Virus record (IMG/VR): IMGVR_UViG_3300025120_000343
Location: 1 to 29,668 of that record
DNA: 29,668 nt
DNA from: a virus
Lineage: Duplodnaviria > Caudoviricetes
Direction: 5' to 3' (one strand)
Shown here: positions 1-9,058 of the stretch, in pieces
How positions within the stretch are numbered: position 1 is the stretch's first letter
Layout of the letters: the number at the start of each line of letters is the position of its first letter
Translations under genes and position numbers: made by a program
The notes under the pieces: model-generated
Databases searched by the model: none
Seen by the model: the letters and a program-made list of their open reading frames with translations, nothing else
Told to the model about the DNA's origin: nothing

Positions 1-398
1 AAATCTTGGTATACTTGTTTACCAAATTGCCATAACTTAACACCTTCATCTTCTTCACCCCTTACTACAATAGGAGCAAAAATACGAGTTTTAGCATCTA
101 ATTTTTTAGCTAATCTCCAGTTTTCTTTATCTCCACTTTGACGTAATTGTTTTGTGAATTCTTGTATTGGATCTTTTTCACCCCAATTTTGTGGTGATGC
201 CATTACTCTCGGCCCGATTCCATAATAAAATAACATTTCTGTAAATGGTATTTGTTTGTTGTGTTTGTTAGGTACTACTCTAACTACTTGTTTTCCAATT
301 GAAGGTTTCCAGAAAAGTGATTTCCCTTTTCCCCCTGTGTTATTGGAAGATTGCTTGTTTAACGATTCTAAGCGTTGTTTGATAAGATTTAAATCCAT
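1..398 (-). CDS. T4 gp32-like single-stranded DNA-binding protein, N-terminal part (runs off the window edge; absent from the ORF track)
   Basis: ATG at 398, open to the edge. My translation: MDLNLIKQRLESLNKQ...LFWKPSIGKQVVRVVP...PFTEMLFYYGIG...SPQNWGEKDPI...KTRIFAPIVVRGEEDEGVKLWQFGKQVYQD. The FWKP..G...vR.vP and G(V)KLWQFGK motifs are typical of phage gp32-type SSBs. Confidence 0.8.
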   Translation of the reverse strand, partial: MDLNLIKQRLESLNKQSSNNTGGKGKSLFWKPSIGKQVVRVVPNKHNKQIPFTEMLFYYGIGPRVMASPQNWGEKDPIQEFTKQLRQSGDKENWRLAKKLDAKTRIFAPIVVRGEEDEGVKLWQFGKQVYQD

Positions 399-439
399 AA
401 TGATAACTTTTTTTGTTTATAACGTTTATTAATGTGGTG

Positions 440-470
440 AATATACGAACGAATGTTCGATTTGCCTAAC
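440..470 (-). promoter_or_regulatory. Putative early/middle promoter for the SSB gene, GTTAGG-N16-TCGTATATT
   Basis: Intergenic, 41 nt upstream of the SSB ATG. Same two boxes and exact 16-nt spacer as the copies at 1099-1129 and 2195-2225. Confidence 0.65.
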
Positions 471-943
471 TATACTTCAAGAATTTTATGAATCTTTGTC
501 TTTAATTGCTTCAATTCATCTCTTTGAGTAAGTAAAACTGTATTTCTATAATGCTGCCAATCAATTGGAAACTTAGTGTCGACTACACCTCCATTTAATC
601 TTTTAATTAATTCATTTAATGCATTTATAGTATACAGTGTGTTTGATTCTTTTTTTCTATGTACTAGAATCGTATTTTGTGGTAAACTATCTAGATTTGC
701 CTGATCAATATTATAAGTACAGACATATTCGTCATTGCTTTTAATATGCAAGACAAATATCTTATTATACATTATATCATACTTAGAAGTAAGATCTGCT
801 ATTAGCGGATCTAACTCATCTAAAGTGGTAAATGTGCAAAATAATTTGTTGTTCAAATCTTTTATATTTAATGTAGAGAATTCGTTAAAATCGTCTACAG
901 TATACATATTAACAGGTTTATCTAAAATCGTAGTTGCTTCCAT
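470..943 (-). CDS. Phage hypothetical protein between DNA polymerase and SSB (157 aa; start uncertain)
   Basis: Clean ORF overlapping the polymerase stop by 26 nt; motifs NNKLFCTFT and ILVHRKKESNTLYTINALN. Alternative starts are ATG 907 and TTG 856. Confidence 0.75.
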   Translation of the reverse strand: MEATTILDKPVNMYTVDDFNEFSTLNIKDLNNKLFCTFTTLDELDPLIADLTSKYDIMYNKIFVLHIKSNDEYVCTYNIDQANLDSLPQNTILVHRKKESNTLYTINALNELIKRLNGGVVDTKFPIDWQHYRNTVLLTQRDELKQLKTKIHKILEV

Positions 944-2177
944 AACTTTCTTTTATTTGTAATTTATATTTTTTTATTATTTGTTTAATTTCATCAATCA
1001 AATCTTCTTCTCCTTCATCAAAATCAAACAAAAACGAATCATAAGTATATAAGACTAGCTTAGTTTTTCGGTTTCTTAATGATTTAAATATATCCCACAA
1101 TATACGAACATTCATTGCGGTCTCCAAGTTTTGAAGAACATAATTCAATAATTTTTGAGGTTTCATATCATCTAAAGCGTCTTTTTTATACACATGCTTT
1201 GAAACAGGACACTCTATCCAGCCCTCTTTGTTAAATCTTAACCACAAATCATCCACATATATTTGAACTCTTTGAAAAAATTCCAGATTTTTAAACTGCT
1301 CGAATACTCCTCCGTATAGTTGTTTGAATGTTAACTCTTTAGATTTTTGATAATCCACTCCATACATTTTTGCAAAGGCCTTGTGAATATCTTCATCACC
1401 AAAATCATACCCCACCAACAACCCCAAAAGAGTAGGATGATAAGCACCAATATCCAACTCAATAAACTTATCGTTACGTGGAATGAAACTCTTCCTACAT
1501 CCATTATCCTTGTTAAGTGCTGCGTAATTGATTCCATTGAATTTATTTGCGGGTCTAGTTGTTAATGTTTTAAAGTTGTACTGCGTGTATACATATTCGC
1601 TACGCTCATCGTAAAAGTGCGATTTGAATTCTTCTCTATTAATTCGTATACCACTTTGCTCCACGGCGTTGAATACCACTGTGGCTTTTGTGTTGTAAAA
1701 GTCGTTGATTGGCTCATTTATCTTATCTTTTAAGTCGTTAAATATATTTTCACAATATTCATAATGTTTAACAATTGGTATTATTCTATTTATGTCTCCC
1801 TTATTGGGGTATTTGTTGTAAAAGTAATTATGTGTTTGAGTTGATTCTGGTATATACGTAGGTGTAGTTAATGTAATGTCAAAAAGCTTTTGTAATATCA
1901 AATAATGCAAAAATTCCTTCTTATCACGTACATACACTTTATCTAATGTGTCTAACACACATTTTATTGCGTCTATACCAACATTTAACGTCTCGCTATG
2001 GTCGTTTGTCAATATAAAACCTTTTGCGGCATTTAACGGGCGAATATAAACAGCACAAATACCACTTTTTGTGGGATGCTCTACATTAGAATATGGAATT
2101 ATTTCAACAAATGCTTCCTCCCTAACATAATTTTTAAATACTTCTAACTGCTTATCATCTTCAACTAACCAAAACAT
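918..2177 (-). CDS. polA: Short family-A DNA polymerase-like protein (419 aa)
   Basis: Motif A FIELDIGAYHPTLL, motif B KSKELTFKQLYG, motif C LYTYDSFLFD. Also TTRPANKFNGINYAAL (TGRLSS..PNLQN equivalent), CRKSFIP and LNYVLQNLET. Confidence 0.85.
   Translation of the reverse strand: MFWLVEDDKQLEVFKNYVREEAFVEIIPYSNVEHPTKSGICAVYIRPLNAAKGFILTNDHSETLNVGIDAIKCVLDTLDKVYVRDKKEFLHYLILQKLFDITLTTPTYIPESTQTHNYFYNKYPNKGDINRIIPIVKHYEYCENIFNDLKDKINEPINDFYNTKATVVFNAVEQSGIRINREEFKSHFYDERSEYVYTQYNFKTLTTRPANKFNGINYAALNKDNGCRKSFIPRNDKFIELDIGAYHPTLLGLLVGYDFGDEDIHKAFAKMYGVDYQKSKELTFKQLYGGVFEQFKNLEFFQRVQIYVDDLWLRFNKEGWIECPVSKHVYKKDALDDMKPQKLLNYVLQNLETAMNVRILWDIFKSLRNRKTKLVLYTYDSFLFDFDEGEEDLIDEIKQIIKKYKLQIKESYGSNYDFR
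1099..1129 (-). promoter_or_regulatory. Putative internal promoter inside the polymerase gene, ACTTGG-N16-TCGTATATT
   Basis: Exact 9-mer plus TTGG box with the same 16-nt spacer as the two intergenic copies; about 155 nt upstream of the 943 ATG. Confidence 0.5.
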
Positions 2178-2194
2178 AACTCTTATTTTGGTTC

Positions 2195-2225
2195 AATATA
2201 CGATGAATTTATCTACAATCCAAAC
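2195..2225 (-). promoter_or_regulatory. Putative early/middle promoter for the polymerase gene, GTTTGG-N16-TCGTATATT
   Basis: Occupies the 49-nt gap between the last structural gene and the polymerase ATG (17 nt upstream). TTTG-N20-TATATTGA resembles the Bacteroidota -33/-7 consensus TTTG-N19-21-TAnnTTTG. Confidence 0.7.
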
Positions 2226-2226
2226 T

Positions 2227-3054
2227 TTAAGGGAACACCACTTCAGGTAAAAGAGGATCTAGATAATCATGTGTAGTTGATATGTGTTTTGCTCCTACCA
2301 TTGGACCTTTTTTAGGATGAATGTGAAAAGATCCAGAATAAGGGGCACCTGTTCTTCTGTTAATATATTCAGTACCATCAGTCATTAAATCATTTTTAAT
2401 GGCTTGAGGTCTGTAGAATTTTGTAAAATCATTATTTAAAAAATCTTTAAAACCTTGTTTACCTAAATTTCTTTCTAAGATGTTTACTTGTGATAAATTA
2501 GCTTGATATAAATTTCTTGGTTCCCCAACTAAACTCCATTGTATACGAAATGTCCTATAAGGGATAAAATTATAAGCAGGATTTTTATCTTTCATTTTTG
2601 TATAAGTATTCTTATCTAATTCTAAATACTTTATTTCATTAATTTTGCAAGCAAAATATCTTATATAAAATCCATTTTCATAATCTGTTTCTAGTGGAGT
2701 AGAGTAAAACTGTTGAGGAGTTATTTGGGTTGAAGAAATATCTACTTGATTGATGTTATTATAAACATCAATATCTTTCATATTTTGATATTGACCCGGT
2801 GTTACTTCCATATCATAATTAGCAGTATATTGTTGAAATTCTTGGTTTTGTGAATCTTGTATTTCAATATTTTCTGTTGTGTCAATCTTAATTATTTGGA
2901 TAGATGGGCTATCATCTTGATTTACTCCTGTATAAAATGTGCCATCATACATAGACCAATAATAACCTATATATTCTTCACCATCAGATAATTTTTTATA
3001 CTCATTTCCTCGAGTATATAAATTAGTTTTTATTCTATTTTTAGGTATATACAT
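2227..3054 (-). CDS. Hypothetical protein, probably virion/baseplate-associated (275 aa)
   Basis: Last ORF of the tightly packed baseplate run; Tyr-rich, with an internal N-/C-terminal repeat and a C-terminal FHIHPKKGPMVGAKH...H motif. Confidence 0.7.
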   Translation of the reverse strand: MYIPKNRIKTNLYTRGNEYKKLSDGEEYIGYYWSMYDGTFYTGVNQDDSPSIQIIKIDTTENIEIQDSQNQEFQQYTANYDMEVTPGQYQNMKDIDVYNNINQVDISSTQITPQQFYSTPLETDYENGFYIRYFACKINEIKYLELDKNTYTKMKDKNPAYNFIPYRTFRIQWSLVGEPRNLYQANLSQVNILERNLGKQGFKDFLNNDFTKFYRPQAIKNDLMTDGTEYINRRTGAPYSGSFHIHPKKGPMVGAKHISTTHDYLDPLLPEVVFP

Positions 3055-3059
3055 AATTA

Positions 3060-3770
3060 TTATTTAGGAGCTATGTAAAGGTTTGGTAATAAATTTGACT
3101 GTTCTGCTGTCCTTCTAACTTGTCTATTAAATGAATTTTGAACTTCAGTATCAATTAAAGATATATCTGTTTCATTAGATACAGATTTATCACCTGATAT
3201 TTCCATTTTAAAAGAGCCAATACTATATAAAGTATTTAATAATTTATTTAATGCTTGTTGTGATTGTTCTTTAGAAGGTGATAAATAAAATGATCCTGTT
3301 CCTTTTTGTATACCTAATTGGTTAGTTTGATCGTTAAATTTTAATCCTAACCCTATGCATCCTTGTAAATTTTTAGTTGCTTTTGGGGCAGCATATATTA
3401 ATATAGAACCTCTAGTATAACCACTTCCAGTTATTCTATTATCTTGGTAGCCCCCATCATCATTTCCTATTAACCAAAAACATCTACCATATTTACCACT
3501 ACTATAAGATATAACTCTATAATTACCAGTTGGAACACAACTAATACCATTTTGATTATTATTCCAAGGTAATTCTACAGTTGCTAAAGAATATAAAATA
3601 TTTTCATTTCTATCTAAAATATCCATTATACCTAATGTTTGAGTACTATCATCCATTATTCTACGTAATCTTATTCTTAACAATTCTTCACTTGCAGGTA
3701 ATGGAGGAGGTGCTGGGGGTAAATTATTACCTACTGTGGCTTGAGCAAATGTTGTTATATTTATTCCCAT
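3060..3770 (-). CDS. DUF5675-like protein (L,D-transpeptidase/YkuD-like putative cell-wall enzyme), 236 aa
   Basis: IRLRR...TLG, TVELPWNNNQNGISCVPTGNY and RGSILIYAA...LQGCIGLG match the DUF5675 pattern (TLE.PW..N....SCIP.G.Y / ILIH.GN....GCILVG). The N-terminal linker is Pro-rich. Confidence 0.7.
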   Translation of the reverse strand: MGINITTFAQATVGNNLPPAPPPLPASEELLRIRLRRIMDDSTQTLGIMDILDRNENILYSLATVELPWNNNQNGISCVPTGNYRVISYSSGKYGRCFWLIGNDDGGYQDNRITGSGYTRGSILIYAAPKATKNLQGCIGLGLKFNDQTNQLGIQKGTGSFYLSPSKEQSQQALNKLLNTLYSIGSFKMEISGDKSVSNETDISLIDTEVQNSFNRQVRRTAEQSNLLPNLYIAPK

Positions 3771-3774
3771 TTTA

Positions 3775-6189
3775 TTAGTTTGTAGGTGTTGATTGAGTAT
3801 TTAAAGTTGTTGTCCATGCACTACCGTCTATTTTATGATCTGTACCTTTAATTATAAGTTTAATTTTATTTTCATCATAAGCTGGTGGTAATACTTTACC
3901 ATCTATTCTAAAGGTTTCATAAAGTCTTATACCTGATATACCATCCATTTCTAAAGAAAGGTTAAAAGGTAGGAAAAAAGAAGCTGGAGTTTTATTAACA
4001 CCACCTTCTGAAATTGGACTTTGTAAATACCCAGTTAAAAGTTGCATAAATTGACCATGTAAAGATTGAAATTGATCTACATATTCTTTAGCCCATTGTC
4101 TATCACTATAACAATCTTGATATGAATTATCTTTTGATGAGAAAAAAGCTCTAATAGGATCAAAAAATCCTATATTTGCTGTAATTTTTAAAAATGTTTG
4201 GTTAAGTTTTGATAACTGACTTTCTACTTTTGCTCCTGCTGCTGCTGCTGCTGCTCCCCCTGCTGTACTATCATCTCCCTCAGAGGTTTTTTCGGGAATA
4301 ATTCTATCTATTAAACCTGCATTATATTTTGAAAAAGATGTTGAATTACCTCCTGTTTGGTTTCCATTAGCTTGTGCCCCAATTGTAACCATAGTAGCAA
4401 AATTGGATGGTATACTTCCATCTAAATTTACATTTCGTATAAAAGATCCTTTACCAAAAGTATTAAATTTACATGGTTTTCTTCCTGTAGATGGAGCCTC
4501 TTTGATTAATTTTTGAGGTGAATTTTCTATAAATTGGATTTTAGTTGAATCTTGATTTAATTTTACTGTAATATCATTAATACTTCCTGTTGCTTTATTC
4601 ATACCAGATAGAACTAAATTTAAAAAATCAAGAACGGATTTAGCCCCATCATCATCTTCGGGTGATTCATCTAAACATTTTGCTATAAAATGAGTATTTA
4701 ATAATACCTGTGATAATCTTCCATTTAAATCATCATACCTAAATGATGGTTCATATGTACCAACTAATTTTTTTCTAAAAGCTTCTGAACTATTATTACC
4801 ACTACCTGGTGTTGGATATTTTAAAGTGTATCTATCACGTAAACTAGGTGGGATAGTTCCACCATTAAATGCAGCTATAGCTCTTGCTTCTGCAGTGTCT
4901 TGTTGAACCCATTTTACTCCATCAGCAAATGGGATAAGACATACTCTTGGATTAGCTGATAAATTTCCTGAAGGGCAGTTAAATAATGTCAAGTCTGATT
5001 TATCTGCAGAATTTGCATTATATTTACCTAAATATTCAAAATTTAAATCAAATGCACAATTAGGTACAGTTTTGCTTTTTAACATAATATTTTGTTGTAA
5101 CCAAGCTATAAGAAAACCAAATGTTATAAACATATTTGGATTTCCATATTCTCCTTCAACTCCTGAATTTCCTTGATTACATTGGAGAATAGCATTTTTT
5201 ACTACTAAATCCTTTGATTGTTTATAATTTTTAGATGGTATTGCAAATCCTTCAATTACCCCATCTTGTGGAGTGAACCTTAGGGGCCCAGCAAAAGCAC
5301 CTAATTCATCAGTATAAACTTGATAACCCGGTGGTATACTATATATACCATATAACCATGTACTTAATGAATCTTTAGTAGCATTATTTATTAAAGGAAA
5401 TTCACCATCCAAAGGATCAGTATCCTCTTCTTGATCCCCTGATTTTTCTGTTTTATTTAATGATGAATTTATTTTAAGAGTTTCTATTACATCCCCTATT
5501 CCAACTAAATCAACTGTAATATCATAACTTCCATCAGGGTTAAAATTCCATTTAAAATTTGTTACTTTTCCAAAAATACCTTCGTAATTTCCACATTTTA
5601 TTTTTCTTTCACCTTTTATTTTTTCTATTATATCATATTGGTTTGAACCCCCACTCATAAAAGATCTTAAAGCAGGTGAAGAAAAACCATCATATGATTG
5701 AAGATTTCCATTTGTATCTAAATACACACTCCACCCAAATTCCAAAAGTAAAGTATACCCAGGTCTCATGTATAATTTATCTATTAATTCAAATTGTTGT
5801 TTACTATAACATTTTATTGAAATTTCTGATTTAGATAAAGCTCCATTATTTATAAATTTTACAGAAGCGTTAGTTATACCCGGCATTGGTACTTGTCCTC
5901 TTTGGTTAATACCTCCCCAACCATAAACACCTGTTTTTGTGGAAGATGTTAAACCAGACACTCGTGTACCATTAATATTTGTAGTACCCCCTTGTAATAT
6001 TAAACTTTTAGCTAAAGTACCACCATCATTATCAACATCAATTGAACTTGCTAATCTAATCCATGGTGTTTTTGATTGTTGATATAATGTATCCTTAGCA
6101 TTTTCTCCACTACCTCTATTTAAAGAGGCTTGTCTTAAATTTACTTGTTTAGTTACCCAACCTTCAAAATCTTGTCCTAATATATTCAT
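3775..6189 (-). CDS. Putative baseplate hub-like structural protein (804 aa)
   Basis: Directly downstream of the LysM/gp53-like gene, the usual hub position. Motifs TPWIRLASS, PMPGIT...KLYMRPGYTLLLEFGW, GKVTNFKWNFNPDGSYD and C-terminal LEMDGISGI...IKGTDHKIDGSAWTTTL (gp27/gpD-like final strands). Confidence 0.6.
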   Translation of the reverse strand: MNILGQDFEGWVTKQVNLRQASLNRGSGENAKDTLYQQSKTPWIRLASSIDVDNDGGTLAKSLILQGGTTNINGTRVSGLTSSTKTGVYGWGGINQRGQVPMPGITNASVKFINNGALSKSEISIKCYSKQQFELIDKLYMRPGYTLLLEFGWSVYLDTNGNLQSYDGFSSPALRSFMSGGSNQYDIIEKIKGERKIKCGNYEGIFGKVTNFKWNFNPDGSYDITVDLVGIGDVIETLKINSSLNKTEKSGDQEEDTDPLDGEFPLINNATKDSLSTWLYGIYSIPPGYQVYTDELGAFAGPLRFTPQDGVIEGFAIPSKNYKQSKDLVVKNAILQCNQGNSGVEGEYGNPNMFITFGFLIAWLQQNIMLKSKTVPNCAFDLNFEYLGKYNANSADKSDLTLFNCPSGNLSANPRVCLIPFADGVKWVQQDTAEARAIAAFNGGTIPPSLRDRYTLKYPTPGSGNNSSEAFRKKLVGTYEPSFRYDDLNGRLSQVLLNTHFIAKCLDESPEDDDGAKSVLDFLNLVLSGMNKATGSINDITVKLNQDSTKIQFIENSPQKLIKEAPSTGRKPCKFNTFGKGSFIRNVNLDGSIPSNFATMVTIGAQANGNQTGGNSTSFSKYNAGLIDRIIPEKTSEGDDSTAGGAAAAAAGAKVESQLSKLNQTFLKITANIGFFDPIRAFFSSKDNSYQDCYSDRQWAKEYVDQFQSLHGQFMQLLTGYLQSPISEGGVNKTPASFFLPFNLSLEMDGISGIRLYETFRIDGKVLPPAYDENKIKLIIKGTDHKIDGSAWTTTLNTQSTPTN

Positions 6190-6191
6190 TT

Positions 6192-6515
6192 TTATAACTC
6201 ATTTAAATCCCTATATTCATCTACTATTGTACTAATATCCTGAGGGATTGCTATTTGTGAACCTGGTGGTAAATAAATTGAACCAAAACTAACTTTGTTT
6301 GGATTTCTGATTGCTATTATCCAATATAAAGTTACATCTCCATAAAATTGATAAGCTAAAGCATCTAATCTATCACCAAATTCTGTCTCAACATAAATAT
6401 CTTTTTCGCTGGCTCCAACCTCAGGATAAGAAACTGTATCATAGTACTTATCTCCTAGAGTTCCAACGTAAGGATTTTCATTTCTTATTTCTTGTATGGT
6501 TTCGTATCTATTCAT
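6192..6515 (-). CDS. LysM-like baseplate wedge protein (T4 gp53 / P2 gpX-like), 107 aa
   Basis: GDRLDALAYQFYGDVTLYWIIAIRN...LPPGSQIAIP is the characteristic pattern. Confidence 0.85.
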   Translation of the reverse strand: MNRYETIQEIRNENPYVGTLGDKYYDTVSYPEVGASEKDIYVETEFGDRLDALAYQFYGDVTLYWIIAIRNPNKVSFGSIYLPPGSQIAIPQDISTIVDEYRDLNEL

Positions 6516-6519
6516 AATT

Positions 6520-9033
6520 TTATACAGGTGTTGATCCGTCTCTATTGTAAGACTTATAGAGTGTATTATAGTTTGTATTTCCTGATGAATTAGCTAATGC
6601 AATATATTCTTGTTCACCATAACTTGTAATATTTCCTAAAGGATCAAATTTATTTTGTTGAATTTCAGGAATAAATTTCTGTATTGGGATAAATGTAAAT
6701 CCTGATACTTTTATCATATGGGGCATTTGTTTAACTGATTTGTCTTCCCCTCCATCTTCATTAATTGCTATTTCCCAAGGTGATTCCTCAGGTATTCCAT
6801 AACTTAAACCCGTAATAATACCAGGTTGGTCATATAAATAACCTCCCATTGTTAAACGTACTATATTTCCTCTCATATAACCACCACTACTATAATCAGG
6901 TGCTAATGATGATGCTAAATAATTTAATTTTTTATACATTGGGATTAATTCAGCTTTTGATTGAGCATAAACTGTCCACCCCATAGAAATTTCTCTTCCA
7001 AATCCTTTATAATTATATAATTCTTCACCTCTACCTACATATTGAACAGGATCCCATTTAGCTGTGTAATTATCATTAAACTCATTTATAAATGCTCTAA
7101 AATGTATGTAAGTATTTTGTGATGGTGTATCAAAATTCATAACAGCTATATTAAAAGCAACTGAGTCTTGAGTTGCTTTTTCATCGTCTACTTGAGTACC
7201 TTGGTATATTGGTGTAGCAGTAAGTTTATCTAAAGCTACATATGTATCAGCATTTAACCCATAATTTAAAACATTCTTTGTAACTTGATTAGTTTTCCCA
7301 ATTAGTTCTCCTGCATTTTGTCCTGGGTCTCCTAAATTTATTCTTTTACTTTGTCTATGTTTTTGATAATTCGGTGATAATGATAATATTTTACTGCTTC
7401 CTAAAGCGGCTTTCATCTGCGTATTATTTTCAAAATCACCAGCAGATGTTTTTTTTCTAAAATCTAGAGGATTTTTTATCCCTGTATTATTACCTTGTGA
7501 ACTTAAACTATTTTGATATAATTGTGTTTGTGTTTGTACAAAAGTATTACCTTTTTTTATATTAGCTAAATCTGATGTTAAAGGAGATGAGTATACATTT
7601 GCATTAAAAGTTTGAGGATTTTTAAAACCATCGGGCTGAAAAAAATATTCATTAGAACCAACTATTTCTTCTAATTCAGTTGGAAGAAAAGCTGCAATAC
7701 CCGTACCTAAAACCCCCATTATTGATGAAGCTTGATCTGGGAAGATTTCAACAAATTTGTTACTAACTGAGGATTTAAATAGATTTCCTCTTATTACTTG
7801 TCCAATAGTATCTGCCCCACCATCTACACCTTGTTCAATAGTTGGAGAATAACTATTTAATGCTGAATAATTATCAGGACCAAGGTAATTTCTAAATTTA
7901 GTTACTTTATCAAAATCATTATCTATAACTAGATTATCTTGTCCTATCCAACTAATATTTTCAAAATCCCCAGAACTAAATCTATTAGTTATACCTAAAC
8001 TATTACCATTAATATAAGCTAAAGAAGCTCCTGGGTTACTAGCATCATTAACATCATATCCATTAGAATTTATTGAAGGGCGTATAAAAGCTGCATAATT
8101 ACCTTTAGATGGTATATAATCAATTGTATTGGTAGCATTTCCAATAAGTGGTGCTCCTAAAAATGAATCAAAATTAACACCATTTAATTGTGCCTGGTTA
8201 GATGCTAAACCATCTGTGCCATAAAACCCACTTAATTTTACTAATGGATTATTTTGTCCTGTTCTTTGATCAGTAAAGGGAATTGTAGTCCTACCAACTG
8301 TTCCTCCTATTGAATTAGGTCCCCCACCATATCTTGTAATAAATCTGTTTTTTCTTCCTCCTAATTGAATTCTTCCTCTTCCTGTTTTTTCTCCAACACC
8401 TGTACTAACAGCATTTTGTAATAAAACTAATCTATTTTGTTCTTCTCCTCCACTTCCAATATTTTGGGCATTAACAGCCCCAAAATAACTATTTATACCA
8501 CCACTACTTGTTCCTATAGTCCTACCATCTGTTATTCTTAAAGGAATATTATCAGTAATTGGATTTACTCCAAATAAATTTATAGAACCCGGTGCTATAG
8601 GTGCTAAACCAGTTTGTAATAATGTACTAGCAGGTAAGTATAAACCTTGATTAATAGTTCCAAAACCATACCCACCCCCAAAAGAAGCTTCGGTTTTTAC
8701 ACTTTGACGAGATAATACATTTTGTTTAGCTATAAATTCAAAGCCATTTGGGGATCTTGTATCAAATAATAATTTTGTTAATCTACTAACATCTTCTTCA
8801 GCAGCCGGAAGTGCTAAACCACCTCCCCTTAAAAAGAAATCAATACCGCCTAGTGCAGCAGGTTCTGGAGGTAAACCCTCCATAGTTTGAAAAGTTTGAT
8901 TTGGGTTGTTATATTCAACGTTTGGTATATCTTTCGGTATGAAAGGTTGACCACTCCATGCTCCATTTTGCCTGTCACCTCCATTAGTAGTAAATTTCAA
9001 CTTGTTTAATACTGTAGTTGAAGTTATTAACAT
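6520..9033 (-). CDS. Baseplate / tail-tube initiator-like protein with long variable middle region (837 aa)
   Basis: C-terminal ~200 aa (FRAFINEFNDNYTAKWDPVQYVGRGEELYNYKGFGREISMGW...IVRLTMGGYLYDQPGIITGLSY...PWEI) has the tube-initiator (gp48/gp54/gpU-like) pattern; lies between tape measure and LysM genes. Confidence 0.65.
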   Translation of the reverse strand: MLITSTTVLNKLKFTTNGGDRQNGAWSGQPFIPKDIPNVEYNNPNQTFQTMEGLPPEPAALGGIDFFLRGGGLALPAAEEDVSRLTKLLFDTRSPNGFEFIAKQNVLSRQSVKTEASFGGGYGFGTINQGLYLPASTLLQTGLAPIAPGSINLFGVNPITDNIPLRITDGRTIGTSSGGINSYFGAVNAQNIGSGGEEQNRLVLLQNAVSTGVGEKTGRGRIQLGGRKNRFITRYGGGPNSIGGTVGRTTIPFTDQRTGQNNPLVKLSGFYGTDGLASNQAQLNGVNFDSFLGAPLIGNATNTIDYIPSKGNYAAFIRPSINSNGYDVNDASNPGASLAYINGNSLGITNRFSSGDFENISWIGQDNLVIDNDFDKVTKFRNYLGPDNYSALNSYSPTIEQGVDGGADTIGQVIRGNLFKSSVSNKFVEIFPDQASSIMGVLGTGIAAFLPTELEEIVGSNEYFFQPDGFKNPQTFNANVYSSPLTSDLANIKKGNTFVQTQTQLYQNSLSSQGNNTGIKNPLDFRKKTSAGDFENNTQMKAALGSSKILSLSPNYQKHRQSKRINLGDPGQNAGELIGKTNQVTKNVLNYGLNADTYVALDKLTATPIYQGTQVDDEKATQDSVAFNIAVMNFDTPSQNTYIHFRAFINEFNDNYTAKWDPVQYVGRGEELYNYKGFGREISMGWTVYAQSKAELIPMYKKLNYLASSLAPDYSSGGYMRGNIVRLTMGGYLYDQPGIITGLSYGIPEESPWEIAINEDGGEDKSVKQMPHMIKVSGFTFIPIQKFIPEIQQNKFDPLGNITSYGEQEYIALANSSGNTNYNTLYKSYNRDGSTPV

Positions 9034-9058
9034 AATTAGATGTTATTTATTATTATCT

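Noticed and set aside
446-459. Inverted repeat CGAAC-GAAT-GTTCG in the SSB promoter spacer
   Set aside because: Only a 5-bp stem, no U-tract, and not present in the other promoter copies; too weak to call an operator or terminator.
4237-4255. (GCT)n microsatellite
   Set aside because: Encodes a short poly-Ala linker in the hub-like protein; no evidence of phase variation.
735-6517. Short ORFs 735-962, 1331-1537, 1347-1565, 3581-3778 and 6311-6517
   Set aside because: Almost entirely overlap stronger genes and have no protein-like features.
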